Source: Tubulanus polymorphus (Eukaryota; Animalia; Nemertea). Taken from it: a stretch of 64,000 nt of DNA. Positions 14,122-26,400 of the stretch are shown in pieces. Position numbers and translations under genes: made by a program. The number at the start of each line of letters is the position of its first letter. The stretch's first letter is position 1. The stretch spans positions 12,494,485-12,558,484 of the forward strand of contig NC_134027.1 of NCBI RefSeq assembly GCF_964204645.1. Reading direction: 5' to 3'. The notes beneath the pieces are model-generated. The model ran no database searches and was not told the origin of the DNA. It was given only the letters and a program-made list of their open reading frames with translations.

Positions 14122-14292
14122 AAAGCACGCCTCGCCCGTATACGCATGGCTAAAAATGCCAGTGGTCAAGCATTCCTGGCCAGCAAGAAAAAGATGGAGG
14201 AAGCAGCTAGAACTGGCAATCCATTGGATGGTGATAATGACATATTCTCGGCACAGCATCATCATTTACTATCGTGTCTCGAAAAAACAACA
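14122..14292 (+). CDS. Shal: Shal/Kv4 voltage-gated potassium channel, C-terminal exon
   Basis: Encodes KARLARIRMAKNASGQAFL...FSAQHHHLLSCLEKTT, the conserved Kv4 proximal C-terminus and di-leucine motif. tttgcag acceptor, gtaagt donor, phase 0/0. Confidence 0.95.
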
Positions 14293-14362
14293 GTAAGTTT
14301 TCTTATGATGCTGCTGCAATGAGAGTTATCTCTTACCCCGGTACAACTGTGTGCAGTCATAA

Positions 14363-14804
14363 GGCTCATTTTCACGACCGGTTTCCAGCTAGTTTTTTTC
14401 CTGCTACGTGAAAAGATGTTTGGTAGCATGTTATTTCACGTAGCAGGTTCCAGGCAGCAATTTCCAGTGATCTGAAAAAACCCTGATCAACAACATACGT
14501 GAATGTTCATCCAGACCACCAAGTTTGAATGCCAGCAGCACATGTTTTCACCAGTACCAGTGGTTTCTTACTGCAGGGACAAAAAAGATACGTATAGGTG
14601 GACATTTTTGGGGCAGAGCAGGAAAGCGTGTGGCAAGCATTTTCATGAGTGGTTTCCAGCCGGCAATCTCCTCCTGAAAAATCCAGCAAAATTTTGTCCT
14701 GCTACCGCATTTTCCTGCTTGGGGCCCGTTTTTCGGTGTTTTTATAAGCGATTCCTAGTGGCAACAGCAATAAGCGAGCTGAAAACGGTTCATGAAAACC
14801 AGCC
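14363..14804. mobile_element. Harbinger-like MITE
   Basis: Imperfect ~28-bp TIRs GGCTCATTTTCACGACCGGTTTCCAGCT / AGCTGAAAACGGTTCATGAAAACCAGCC. Preceded by TAA. Confidence 0.65.
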
Positions 14805-14893
14805 TTTAGTGTTGTCACGGCGATGAGTCTCAATTTAATTTTATACCACATCGGGAAAAGCATTGAATTTAAAACATATCCAAGGAGGCATGA

Positions 14894-15268
14894 GCCACGT
14901 TCACACTATCACTGGTTTGTTCTTATTGTGCTCTACCAGGAACGGACCAATTCAGCCTGGATAAATCGATGTTGCGCATTCACACTTGTTTTTAAATCAG
15001 CTATTCTTAATTGGTCCAGCTAGGCGCAACACTGATAGACAGGCAATTAAACCAAAGTTTCTTAAACAGAAGAATAGCACAATCTTGAATTTAGAATGGA
15101 CCTGGATTAGTCTTCTTGGTCCTGGGTTGGTTTTTTTTTGGTCAGCATGAATTGGTCTGTCAATGGAATCAAACTATTTTGAAAAGACTTTTTGCTCATG
15201 TGAAAATTTCATCTGTTTAGGAATGGAATCAATTTAGAACAATCTAAAGTACGTAGTGTAGGCATGGC
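14894..15268. mobile_element. Degenerate Harbinger-like MITE related to family A
   Basis: Termini GCCACGTTCACACTA / TAGTGTAGGCATGGC with GGACCAATT-type subterminal repeats. Confidence 0.5.
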
Positions 15269-17182
15269 TACACATCTTGGGGCTTGTTTTAACCCAATCT
15301 AACTTTACCCCTGTCAACTACGGATCAATGATTAACCCCGGGCTGGTTTTATCCAAGGGAGGAACTGAATTGCAGAGGAATTGAACTCCAAGGTTTCTAT
15401 TATGAGTTGTGGTTATAACAGGTCTATAAAACTGGATTCTTCTAGAAATATTTCATAAGTAGATGATAAACAGATCTGATAAGGTGATTAGAGATGCTCA
15501 GAGACATTGCTATGATGTCATCATCTATTCATTAGCATGACAAAACAATGTAGGTGGCGCCATGTTACGGGCCGCAAAAGCCATTTTTCAGCATTATGGT
15601 ATGGGGAACGATCTTGAATTTGATTTCCGGAAATATTATAGCTAGGTGCTGGCAACACTGATAATAGTATATTTAATTGTATTTTATCACGATGAGGTTC
15701 ATTCCCATCTATAAATCAAAAGCTATGATCACGCAAGCATTTCTTGCAGGCCAATTTGACCGGGGCTAAATCGTCTCCGTGGGATCACGGCTATAATACC
15801 AGAGTAATATAAAACCAGCTTATAATCAAGTTGAGACGATCATGAATTATCACAAAAAATCTGACTACTTGGTATCTAGAATATGCATTTCAAAAACCAC
15901 CTCTAAGGTGCTGTTATTTGATTTTGTACAACAAATTATTTGGAACCTAACAAATATGATAATCGGAAAATCCCCTGAAATATTACGGAAGGCGCAACTC
16001 AATGTTTACAAGGTTGTAATTTCATACAATTTTAACATTTTCTTCATCAAATCTCACACATTTTGTGATTTGATTTATTTTAAGTTTTGTGAGTTTGCTA
16101 CTCTTAAATTCTCTATCACTCGATCTAATGATATCTTACTTGTATAGTATAGTATAGTAGTATCTATTTACTTGCCATCGAATAATCTTATTCCAAGAGT
16201 TAAAAAACTCTAGTGATATTTTATTCATCAAGGTTTTCAATCATATCATATTTGATTTTGGTGTGATATATTATAAATGATTTATTTTCATATTTCTATC
16301 CGAAAAAATCACTCTCTTGTGCATCTTATTCTTCTAATCCTTAAACACAAAACATGCAGAAATTCTGAAAATTCCGGTGAAAGAGCTAGTTACAGTACCT
16401 GTATCCTATTTCAAAATATCAAAGCCAAGTATTGTGTAGACATTGATTTATCCCTTCTTTTACCACCAGATGATGAAAAATATTCTAGTAAATCAAAATA
16501 GATTACCCATTGTTAAATGACATAACAATCCTGATGTGATCGAAAAAGTTTTACTCGAAATTCATATTTTCACGCTGTGAAACTGCTGGTGGTTGATAGC
16601 AGGGAGCCTCCCATTTTATCCTATTTCAACTTTATTACTTTGCCAGTTATTTCCTATGCTATGATATAACTGATCATGACCCACAAGCATGGTATTTGTA
16701 AAGAAATATTTTAAAGCCCTCTGTATTAACTTGTTAAATAAACCAATTTTTATGATTGAATGTTGTGGCGGTCTTTGTCAACACTTATGACAAGGATGTA
16801 ATAATGAAGTTTATTTCCATTTAAGACATTTCTGTCTAAGCAGAACATAGAATAGATTTGCTTCCTAGTTTAAATTTAGAAATATTGTACTGGAATGAAC
16901 TAATCAACAAATTCAGAAGAGTTTTTTCTTCAGTCCACAATTCTTCTTTAACAATAGGATTATGGCGAACCTTGGTTGCCTTATTAACAAAATACAAAAT
17001 GAATCCATTTTACTCTCATGCAAAGGAAATTGGCACAGTTTTTAAGGATAATGAAAACTGTATGGCCACCATTTTCATGTTTCATTATGGAATTCTTCTT
17101 ATGAGTATCAGTAATGCTGACAGCGCATTTGGCTGATTTCAATTTAACTGATTGGCAAAAGTTTATATTGTATCAATTTCAG

Positions 17183-17206
17183 GAATTACCATCGTGCGGT
17201 CCGAAG
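17183..17206 (+). CDS. Candidate 24-nt cassette microexon of Shal/Kv4 (ELPSCGPK)
   Basis: TTTCAG|G acceptor and AAG|GTTAGT donor. Eight sense codons, phase 0/0, at the CLEKTT/DRDF junction. Confidence 0.55.
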
Positions 17207-17442
17207 GTTAGTAAACAAATATTTTTATTCAACAGCATGTGAAAGCACACCTGGGACTACCTACCAGAAAATGATATCATTGTATTTTGCTGCTTTCAAT
17301 ATTCACCTTATTCTTTATTTACCAAACCCCCTCCGAAAACATATCATTTTGATTTCATCTTCAGCATTCAGTTTATGCTTCTTAGAAGGATGCAAAGTAC
17401 TCATGTATTAGTTGTTTTGTAGACAAATTATTAACTTAATGC

Positions 17443-17445
<3 letters not shown>

Positions 17446-17481
<36 letters not shown>

Positions 17482-17547
17482 CGTGCGCGCGCGCGCGCGC
17501 GCGCGCGCGCGTGTGTATACATATATATATATATATATTATACACAC
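17446..17547. repeat. Compound (TG)n(CG)n(TA)n microsatellite
   Basis: About 100 bp of nearly uninterrupted alternating purine-pyrimidine sequence. Confidence 0.95.
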
Positions 17548-18338
17548 ACTGGCTTATGTCGACAAGCAACGCGACGCCTACCGACGCAACTGGGTTTATC
17601 GCCTATTAGCGGCCTACGAGAGGCCGCCAGTTGCTGCTCTATCGGTTCGACATAAGCCGGCTTGCGACGGCAACCCGACGCCTACCGACTCGTCGCAAGC
17701 CCTATCTGGCTAGTTGCCCATGTTCTACTCTGGCCTACGGTATGCGGACAGATGCTTTCGATCGCAACCGACATAAGCTCATCTGCGACGCGAAAGAACT
17801 GAGCGCAGGGGTTCCAGCCAATAGGACACCGCATATACATAGTACAAATTATCACCGCTAGTTAGCGTCATTCGTAATTAGTCATAAACTTTCAAATTCA
17901 AGTAGTTCAAAACGTAAAGCAAACCTTCAGCACGGCAGAGGACTGGACCGAAGATCTAGAAACTAAATTGGTAGAATTATGGTGTAAGCGGCCATCTTCC
18001 TATAATGTCGCTAGCACGTTGTATTCAAAACAGGATCAGAAAGATCAAATGTCTTAAAGAAATAGCTTTTCTGATAGAAATATATTTCCCAATAATTCAA
18101 AATAATTCAAATTCATTCTCAAAATGCTTATCACGTGACCATTTGAGCCGTTGCAGTTGCTAGAAATCGCAAATGATATAAGCAGGGAAGCAACTGGGAG
18201 GAAATCGTATCCCGCTAGTCGGCTTCAGTTGCTGCGAATCGGAGCGCAGTCGACATAAGCTGGGCTGCGATCGCGGTTGCTCTCAGTTGCGTCGGTAGGA
18301 GTCGGTAGGCGTTGCGTTGCTTGTCGACATAAGCCAGT
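17548..18338 (+). mobile_element. Harbinger-like non-autonomous element with MADF relic (family B)
   Basis: 38-bp TIRs ACTGGCTTATGTCGACAAGCAACGC(G/A)ACGCCTACCGAC with 1 mismatch. Internal CGACATAAGC repeats. MADF-like peptide at 17932-18067. Confidence 0.85.
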
Positions 18339-19337
18339 CTTTAAATGACCAAAATGGTCAATGTATAACTTTTATAAGCATGTTCTTTATTTTCTAACAA
18401 TTTTGAATAAGTTATAACCTTCATACCCATTATCCATTCAAAATTTAAAGAGATTTCTTGAAAAAAACTGTGCACCAGCTAAGGTAGCTTAAAAGAGTGA
18501 AGTGGCTTGAAAATTTGTTTTTACCTTTAGCGAATTGTTTATGTCAGGGCTTGATATAATATGCTTTCACCTAACCATTGAAAAATGAGTATACAATAAT
18601 GTTTGTATACCTTCCAAGTGGAGAATGTCTGTCACAACTACAATGATAATGCAATAGCCTTAATGCTCCTTTGCTAATATAAATGTATCCATGACTCCTG
18701 CAGGTCTTCATTGTTGCTTGTCTTCCCGTTCACATCTATATATTTATTATTATGTGTAATTGTTGTACAAGTGCTTGTATTCACCCAGAAGGCAGGACAG
18801 TTCAACCTCTGCCAATAATTGCACATTTCTGCTATTGTTTAACTGAATGAAAGAAATGGAAATTCACCTTTCTATTGTTGAAACCCCTCCTTCCTCCTAT
18901 ACCGTTATTTTAGACAAAATCGATAGTAATACATTTTGTTTCATCCCAATCAGAACCTGTAGATTTAACAGATACAATTTTTGTATGCTAGCATTGAAGC
19001 TTACCTAAACCTACAGTCTCTCTGCATCATCGTAAAGTTGTGTCACATCGTTTTATGACCTACACAGCTGTCGGTGTGGTAGTCCCTGGTCGTGATTTCA
19101 GACGTGCTGATTAGTCGAACATGTATGTGTATATACTCATGTTTGTCACAATATACTAAATCTTCCCACCCTGAGCAGTAGATTAATTCCTTCTCCTATT
19201 CCAGATGTTAGAAATAAGTATCATTTATATGATGTATGTATAATCCATATAACTATATAGACATATCAGTAAAAATAGTGGTGGTGGAGGAGTTCAGTCT
19301 ACAACTTCTGTACCCATGAGATATAGACAAGATTTAA

Positions 19338-19974
19338 GACACATTCACACTATCGCTAGTTAAGAAATATCGCCCGTTCTAAATGGGTCCGTACTTGGAA
19401 TGTGCCAAATTTGGAATGGGCTAAATCAGAGTACTCCTTTGCACATACATTGCTCAATTGGCTACAGATAGTTATCACTGCCTGCTAGATATCGCCATGT
19501 GTATGTTACCAAAAAATTTTTAACTAAATGATAGATTTATGAGTTTGTGGCTGTTATTTATGAAAAAAATTTTGATGACTGCAGTTATCATGTATCTTCA
19601 CACATCTATCTATTGTTAATTCTAGGAAATTTTCAAAACAATTGAAACGGATGCGGTACTCAGCGAGCAACATATGCAAGACTAAGACAATCTGTTATTC
19701 CTTCTTTTTAGGCAATATAGAAATCGTATTGATACTGCAGAATATGGTTTAGAATGGACCTGAAACCAGTTCCACAAAAACACACAAACAGATTTAGCCC
19801 ATTCCAAAATTTAGAACTGACCTGGAGCAGGCTTTTACGTCGCTCCAAATTGGAATGGTTTAAAGTGGAACAGACCAATTTGGACTGGAATTTTCACTAG
19901 TGTGAATGCATGGTCCATTCGAAAATGGAACTGGCCAAATTAGGACCATTTAGATATTGTAGTGTGATCGCTGC
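19338..19974. mobile_element. Harbinger-like MITE related to family A
   Basis: TAA|GACACATTCACACTA ... TAGTGTGATCGCTGC. Shares TCTAAATGGGTCCGTACTTGG with 3859-4565. Confidence 0.65.
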
Positions 19975-22739
19975 TTTATACATTAAACTTTCACCACATT
20001 ATGCTAGACTAGTTAACAACTCTTTGAATTGAATTGATTCTTCAAAGAAACCATCAGCTACCAGTAGAAAAATCTGACAAGAAAACAAGAATAACATTTT
20101 TTGAGTTTTTGAGTGATTATAACAGTTTACAGATACTATCAATACAATAAAGTGAATAAAAGCGTTACATGACGTTCTCTTTTAATCGAATCCATGGGTA
20201 CATTAGTTTTAAGTAGGCAGTACACTTTCAGCCATTATTCTAAAGCATAAGATGATTCATCCGTGTACAAATACAAAATATTGCAAGTGTAGAAGTTCTT
20301 TAACCCTTTCTTGACTGAGGCCATATTTAGGTTTTTTGTGTGGCCCCTTTTCTTCATTGAATCATAAATGTTTTAACTGAAATACCAACTGTTATTGTTG
20401 GTAACGGGCCGGACCTTACTGTCAGTGAAGATCAGGAAAGGGTCCAAGTACTAGATTATCCTATTAGTATTTCCTAGATTATCCTATGAGTATTATCAAC
20501 TTTTCGTTAAACTAATAAAGCCTATTATCATGGGCTATTCCTGTACCTGTTAGCACAAATCAACTTTGAATTGCACACGGCTGCTATCAACATCTTTTAC
20601 ATCTATTGATCATTATGGAGTAAGTATTATAATCTGTGTTAAGAACAGAGAATATGTTATACATTTTTTTCGTACCTCCCGTCACTGTTACAACGGAAAA
20701 TAACTCGATTTTGAGCAACTTATATACAGATGATTTCCTGGTATGGTATCAGTGATATACTAAAGGCTGGCATGTCACTGATTTGATTGAGAGGACCTGT
20801 GGAGTTCCGGCAACTACCTGGAACTACTGGCCTTTACTCCTTTTAGGCAGGTATATCACATCATACATAAGTGCCCGTATAACTCCTACCAACACAACTC
20901 CATTCAGTTCACATAAGTCTATACAGTGTAACGTGATTTTAGTACAGTCACATGCAGAATTCACATGGATTGGCAGGTTCAAATGGCTGGCGGTAAAAAT
21001 CCATCATTCTCCAAAGTAGGTAGAAATCCCCCACCTTTTTTCTTGAAGTGCAATACTTGAGATAAAATCTTAATGCTCAATTTAATCATTTTAATATATC
21101 CAATTTAATCATATTTTACTGTATGGTATAACAAAAGAATATGAGCATACTAATTATTGTACAATTGAATTATAAAATACTAAGAATTGACAGTTCATTA
21201 TTACTGAATTAATGGTTATCGCACTCTTCAAACATAAGTTAAAAAGAGTTCATCACACAGTTGAAATATATTACAAAGCTCGAATTTAAGATATTCCAAA
21301 TCAAAATTGATATTCCAAGTACAAATATATTGCAATTTGATTGCGAATTAGAATTAGATGGAGAGATTTGATAACCATGCCACATTAATCTTTTTCTGTG
21401 TCACATAATTCTCTATCTAGGCTGTGCAAAAGCATACTGTTTTCCAAAATTCTGACAAGTCACTGCAGACTAGCCGACTGACAGTGAATTGCTGCCAATC
21501 TGGTTGCTGAATATCTAAGATACTGAGGAATCTTGTCATCTGTGACCATTTGTCCACAGACAAAAGTTACATCAATTGTGAATTTGTCGCTTGCAATTGG
21601 CAACAAACTGCAGGAAATCACGTAGTGTGCGGCTTACCAGCTACTTCCAGGTTACCTCTGTCCACCTCTTTTTCTGCTACGCCAGCAAAGAGAACATAAG
21701 GGTTTCCATGGGCGGTTTCCTGTTAGCAACTTGCTGCTGCTGCAGGAAACTGCTTACTGAAACTCGCCAAAGCTGGCCCAGGAAATTGCTCTTGAAACCA
21801 GCCTTTGAGGTTGTAGTGACCAGAACTTGGCTTAAGCTTGAGTAAGTACTATAGATTAGGTATAGATGTTTCTTTTGAACTGCCAAGTGAACAGCGCGAT
21901 AAATATGCATCCACTGACTGTCCTTAGATGGTATTTTTGTCATTTTAGCATTTACAACCGGCATTAATCATCACCGCTTAACAACGCAGAATCAGTTGTA
22001 TTTGACTTACTTGACTTTCATAAAGTTTTGTCCATCAATTTCACAGCAGATCCACTCATATTCAGTATTGCCTGCCATTTGCATACCGCCGTATATGTTC
22101 AATGATATCCGAAACATTGAGTGAAATAGATATTTCTCAAAGAAAAAGATTATCTGGAAATTGATTGAATTCTGAAGAAATGAATGATATGTTGTTCGGG
22201 AATCAATGAACAGATTTGTCAAAATCATTTTCAATGAAGGCAGTTGCAGTTAGTCAATTCAAATTTATAGTGGAGCCCTTCAACTATGAAAATATAATGC
22301 TAGGCTGAACTAGCTGTAAGCTGTACACTAAGCTAGATGGCCAGATTTTAAAATTGAACTGAATGGATAGGAAGCATAGATAGAATGTTTCGAACTGCTT
22401 ATTAGGAAAAATTTCAAAATTTTTAGCTTTAAATTGGAAAATAGAGCTCTATAAAGATAAGGGTTGCGTTGTTTTGTCCAGATTACTAATCTATGTTGTA
22501 TGTTTACTTATACTCTACTGTTAGATATGATTTTGTTGAAGACAAATTTACAAATCTTATTGCAGCATGTTGTTTCAATGTATTTCATATCAAAAAGCTA
22601 AAATCACAGATGTATTTATTTCATTTTCTCCTTATATTAAGTCATTCTTAAAACTATAGTGGCTAATAATTATTGTGCTAATGCATTGTGTCTGTCCATA
22701 GACAAATCTACTTATTTAGGGGAAATACTTCACTAGATT

Positions 22740-23580
22740 GACATCATATGCATGTATCTACCCTAGACACATCTGAAACCCAAAAACTGGGCCACTCAGA
22801 TTCAAGATGGCCGACAGGCAGCCATTGTACTTTATAGCCATCGGCACTATGCAAATTTTTGAAGTCTTCAAGGGAAATTTTAACGATGCTTGTATTAATT
22901 GTCTTTATGTGTCATATACATTTATGTGTATATTTAATTCCCATGATCTCGTCAACCGGACTAAAGATGGCCGTCCCATGACCTTTTTTGTGCCCAAAAA
23001 GGTCATTTTTGGCCTGAAGTCCGAGACCTGTAGCTTGTTAAATGTTTATCATTTTTCATTGAAATTCTTGATGGATTCTTTGGAAGGGATCTTTAGCATC
23101 TCATATATGTTTTTCATCAGTCAATTTCAACACAATTGGCAGAAACCTTAGTCGTCCACTTGCGTAGTTGTGAAAAAGATTTATGTGAGGAAAATATCAT
23201 AATGAAAAATAACAATAATGTTTTGACTTTAATCTTGATATTTGATAATTGCAAGCACTGTTATAGGACACTTCTTACATGGAATTTCCCATTTTTTCTG
23301 TTCTCCCCGCTTGGGTGGGTCAAATATTTGATTATATAGAATGTTTCTATTTGTATTGGTACGTATTCATATTCTGTAACCACAATCCATTGATGATTTG
23401 TAGCTCATGATATGTAATTGATTGTGGTGAGTTTCAAGAGGTCATTGGTTTCTGTATATGTACACCAGGGGGTGTTGAATAGCAGAATAACATGGTATTT
23501 CCATATACATGTACATGTATATTGGTACCCATGTTTTGTAAATGACAAGGTCTATGCTTGTGGTGAGTTTGAAGCTCGCA
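22740..23580 (+). mobile_element. Helentron-associated (HINE-like) repeat, internal fragment
   Basis: CATGTATCTACCCTAGACACATCT, AAGATGGCCG blocks and satellite units match 60771-62010 (reverse complement). Confidence 0.65.
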
Positions 23581-25614
23581 GATCTAATGTATCATGAACC
23601 AAGGCCAACTTATAGGGTAAAACCATGGGAACAAAAAAGATTATTTGGTCTTATGTATGATATTTCATAAGTCAGACTATTTTATCATTTTGTTTGGATG
23701 TTTTACACAAAAATGATACATGCAGTGATTATCTACTATGTACATGTGCTATATACTATTTTTCAACTGCTAAGTCTAAAGAGCTTGACATAAGCGAGCT
23801 AAGTTAATTCTAAATTTCTCCATTGTAAGTCATTTCCTTACGCTTAGGTTTAACAAGAAGAATTATTATGTACATTTATTTATTTAACATTATCTGGCAT
23901 CAAAAACATAAGCTATTTTGGGCTACACTTGATCTTTAAAGCCATGCTCAGACCAACCTAATGACATGACTCAACTGTTGGGGAATATCATAGATTGCAC
24001 TCGAAGGGATCACATGAGGGGCTATGACATCGATGAGCCGATGAGCCGATGTCATAGTGTCGTGACTGAATACAGTACGGTTAGTATTGATGTATTATGT
24101 CCCTGTTGTATTATGAATATGAAGTTGTCACGTGTCGCGTCAGCCATATATAATCTTCATTGTACTAGTTTCATGGTTACATGAACATATCATATCATGT
24201 GAATTCTAAGATTTTGAGATTTTGAGTAGTAATAAACGGAATGCCATATAGTTCGAACGTGTGCTTGTTGAGTTGCCTTTTCGTCTTAAGTCCGTCAACA
24301 CACATAGCCCTTCATGAAACCATTTGATCCATTCTATGGCGCCATTCCAGGATGCAGGATACACAATTTTTTTCACAAAATTACCATATGTCTCTATTCC
24401 ATTGATATTTTCATGTATTATGTGCCCATTATTGCTTGGAATAATAAACATGGAAGTTGACTTTTTCAAATTTTCAATGTGGAAATACCCAAATACGCCT
24501 GAAATAAGGCATTTATTCCAAGAAAAGTCCAATTATAAGTTCAAATTAAATTCGTCATTCCTCATGGCAGCCTTGCTGATTTATCTTTTACTACTGTGAT
24601 TGGCTAAAATAGATGATGGGGTTGGCAGCCCGTTGTAGAAATGTGCACATTGACTACGATGGATGGTCAACCAATTCTGTTGCATTGTAGAAGTAGAACG
24701 TGTTCAATCCCAGCAACACAGTTGCTTATCGTAAACAATGGTCGCACACTGATCGACTAGAATCGGCAATACAAATCGTGTTGATGGCTTGCAGTTATCG
24801 CTGGAAAACCAGTCGGCCACCAGATGAGTTGCGTTGTACGGTCAATCTGAGCCCGGCTTTAGATCCGATGATCAGATCGGATTTTATGTGACCTGAGCTA
24901 GTCTTCACTGAATTTTGAAACTTTGAAATTTTATACTTTGAAAAAATGGCTAGGGTTACAAGGCAATAGTCTAGAAAATTCACTTTATCAAACATAATTC
25001 TATGGTTTATGATCTTTTTCTGTTTCAGCACCTCGTTAATGAAATGATTTGCCAAATCATGTACAAACCTGACCATCAGTGTCATCTTAGATGTGCTCTA
25101 AAGACATTTAAATGATTAATCACTTTTTAGAAAATATTTTCTAACAAGCTTTGCGCTTTGAGAAGAGTAAAGCACTTTTGAATAATGAATTATAGTTACT
25201 ATTATTATTCCTAGGAATGATGTACCAGGTATATGTGAAACTCAAATATTCATTGAACTGTTAAAAAAACTATCACTGACACATTAAGCGTACAATTTTA
25301 AGGAAGGTCACATGAAATTTTCCAAGGCCAAGAGGAAGCACAGTGCCTGAAGTGAATTAACACTTTCCTGACTGTTCTGGTTTTTTGCTTGAGGTTTTCG
25401 TAGCCCAATGTCTTCGTTGAATCATGAATTTTCTACTTCGAAGAAATTACAATCTTCGAGCGCAATACTATCATCGGTTATTTTGGTTAGTATGGCCTCT
25501 TTATTTTGGCCTCTTTGCGTTCTGGAAATGTTGGAGTAGTAGATATTATTTTATTGATCGTCAGCTAATCTGAACAGATGATATGACATAAACTTGCCGC
25601 TGTTATCATTTCAG

Positions 25615-25767
25615 GATCGAGACTTTTTAGAGATGGATTCCGCTTTCAATGGAGCACCTAGTAAACCATCAAACACTCCACCGTTGACTCCTTCTCCATC
25701 CATACAGTCCTTGGAGCAGAGGAAAACTGGATGTTGCGCCAGGCGTTCATCAAATCGAAAATACCTG
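25615..25767 (+). CDS. Shal: Shal/Kv4 penultimate coding exon
   Basis: Encodes DRDFLEMDSAFNGAPSKPSNTPPLTPSPS...TGCCARRSSNRKYL, with the Kv4-type SP-rich segment and CCxRR. tttcag/gtaaag, phase 0/0. Confidence 0.9.
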
Positions 25768-26186
25768 GTAAAGTTTAATACAAAAGTAATTATCCCAGCT
25801 TCTATTTTGTGATTTGCGTATCTTATATCGAGAGCATACGTACTGTACAAATTCATGACACTTCCTTTTTTCTTGGAAAAAAAAACCTTTCCTTTCAACA
25901 AGTGTTACTTCTATCGATTGATAATCAATGAGCGCATCGATGATGAATAATGCTCATCATTGATGAATTGTAAGATGAGTATGAGTATGATTATGTCGAG
26001 CCCATAAAATCAAATACACCAAGGTTCTTCATAGTGAGGTGTATTTCTTTCGGCGGGGGGGGGGGGGAACTTACTGAGTGCCAGTGCGTATAGCTCTTTG
26101 TGCTGTTAATGTGAAAGTGTCTCATTGTATTATATACTGTATTTAAGTTAACTAAAGACACACAGTTGAGTTCTTTTTTTTTGATA

Positions 26187-26400
26187 CAGTAGAGCCCGCT
26201 TAATCCGCATAATTTAGAACTGATATAATCAGGTTTGAAATAGATCCGAATTAGACTTCATATTTTAAATACGATTAATACTAGAGAGTTAATGCATAGA
26301 CGCTACGTATGTTGTTCACTTGGCGTCGTACTGGACATCAAATGGCAGTACACTGACTTTTGCTCGATTAGATCAAAATCTGGATAAGCGAGTTTGACTG
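26187..26400. mobile_element. Tc1/mariner (pogo/Tigger-like) MITE
   Basis: TA|CAGTAGAGCCCGCTTAATCC ... GGATAAGCGAGTTTGACTG|TA. Confidence 0.7.
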
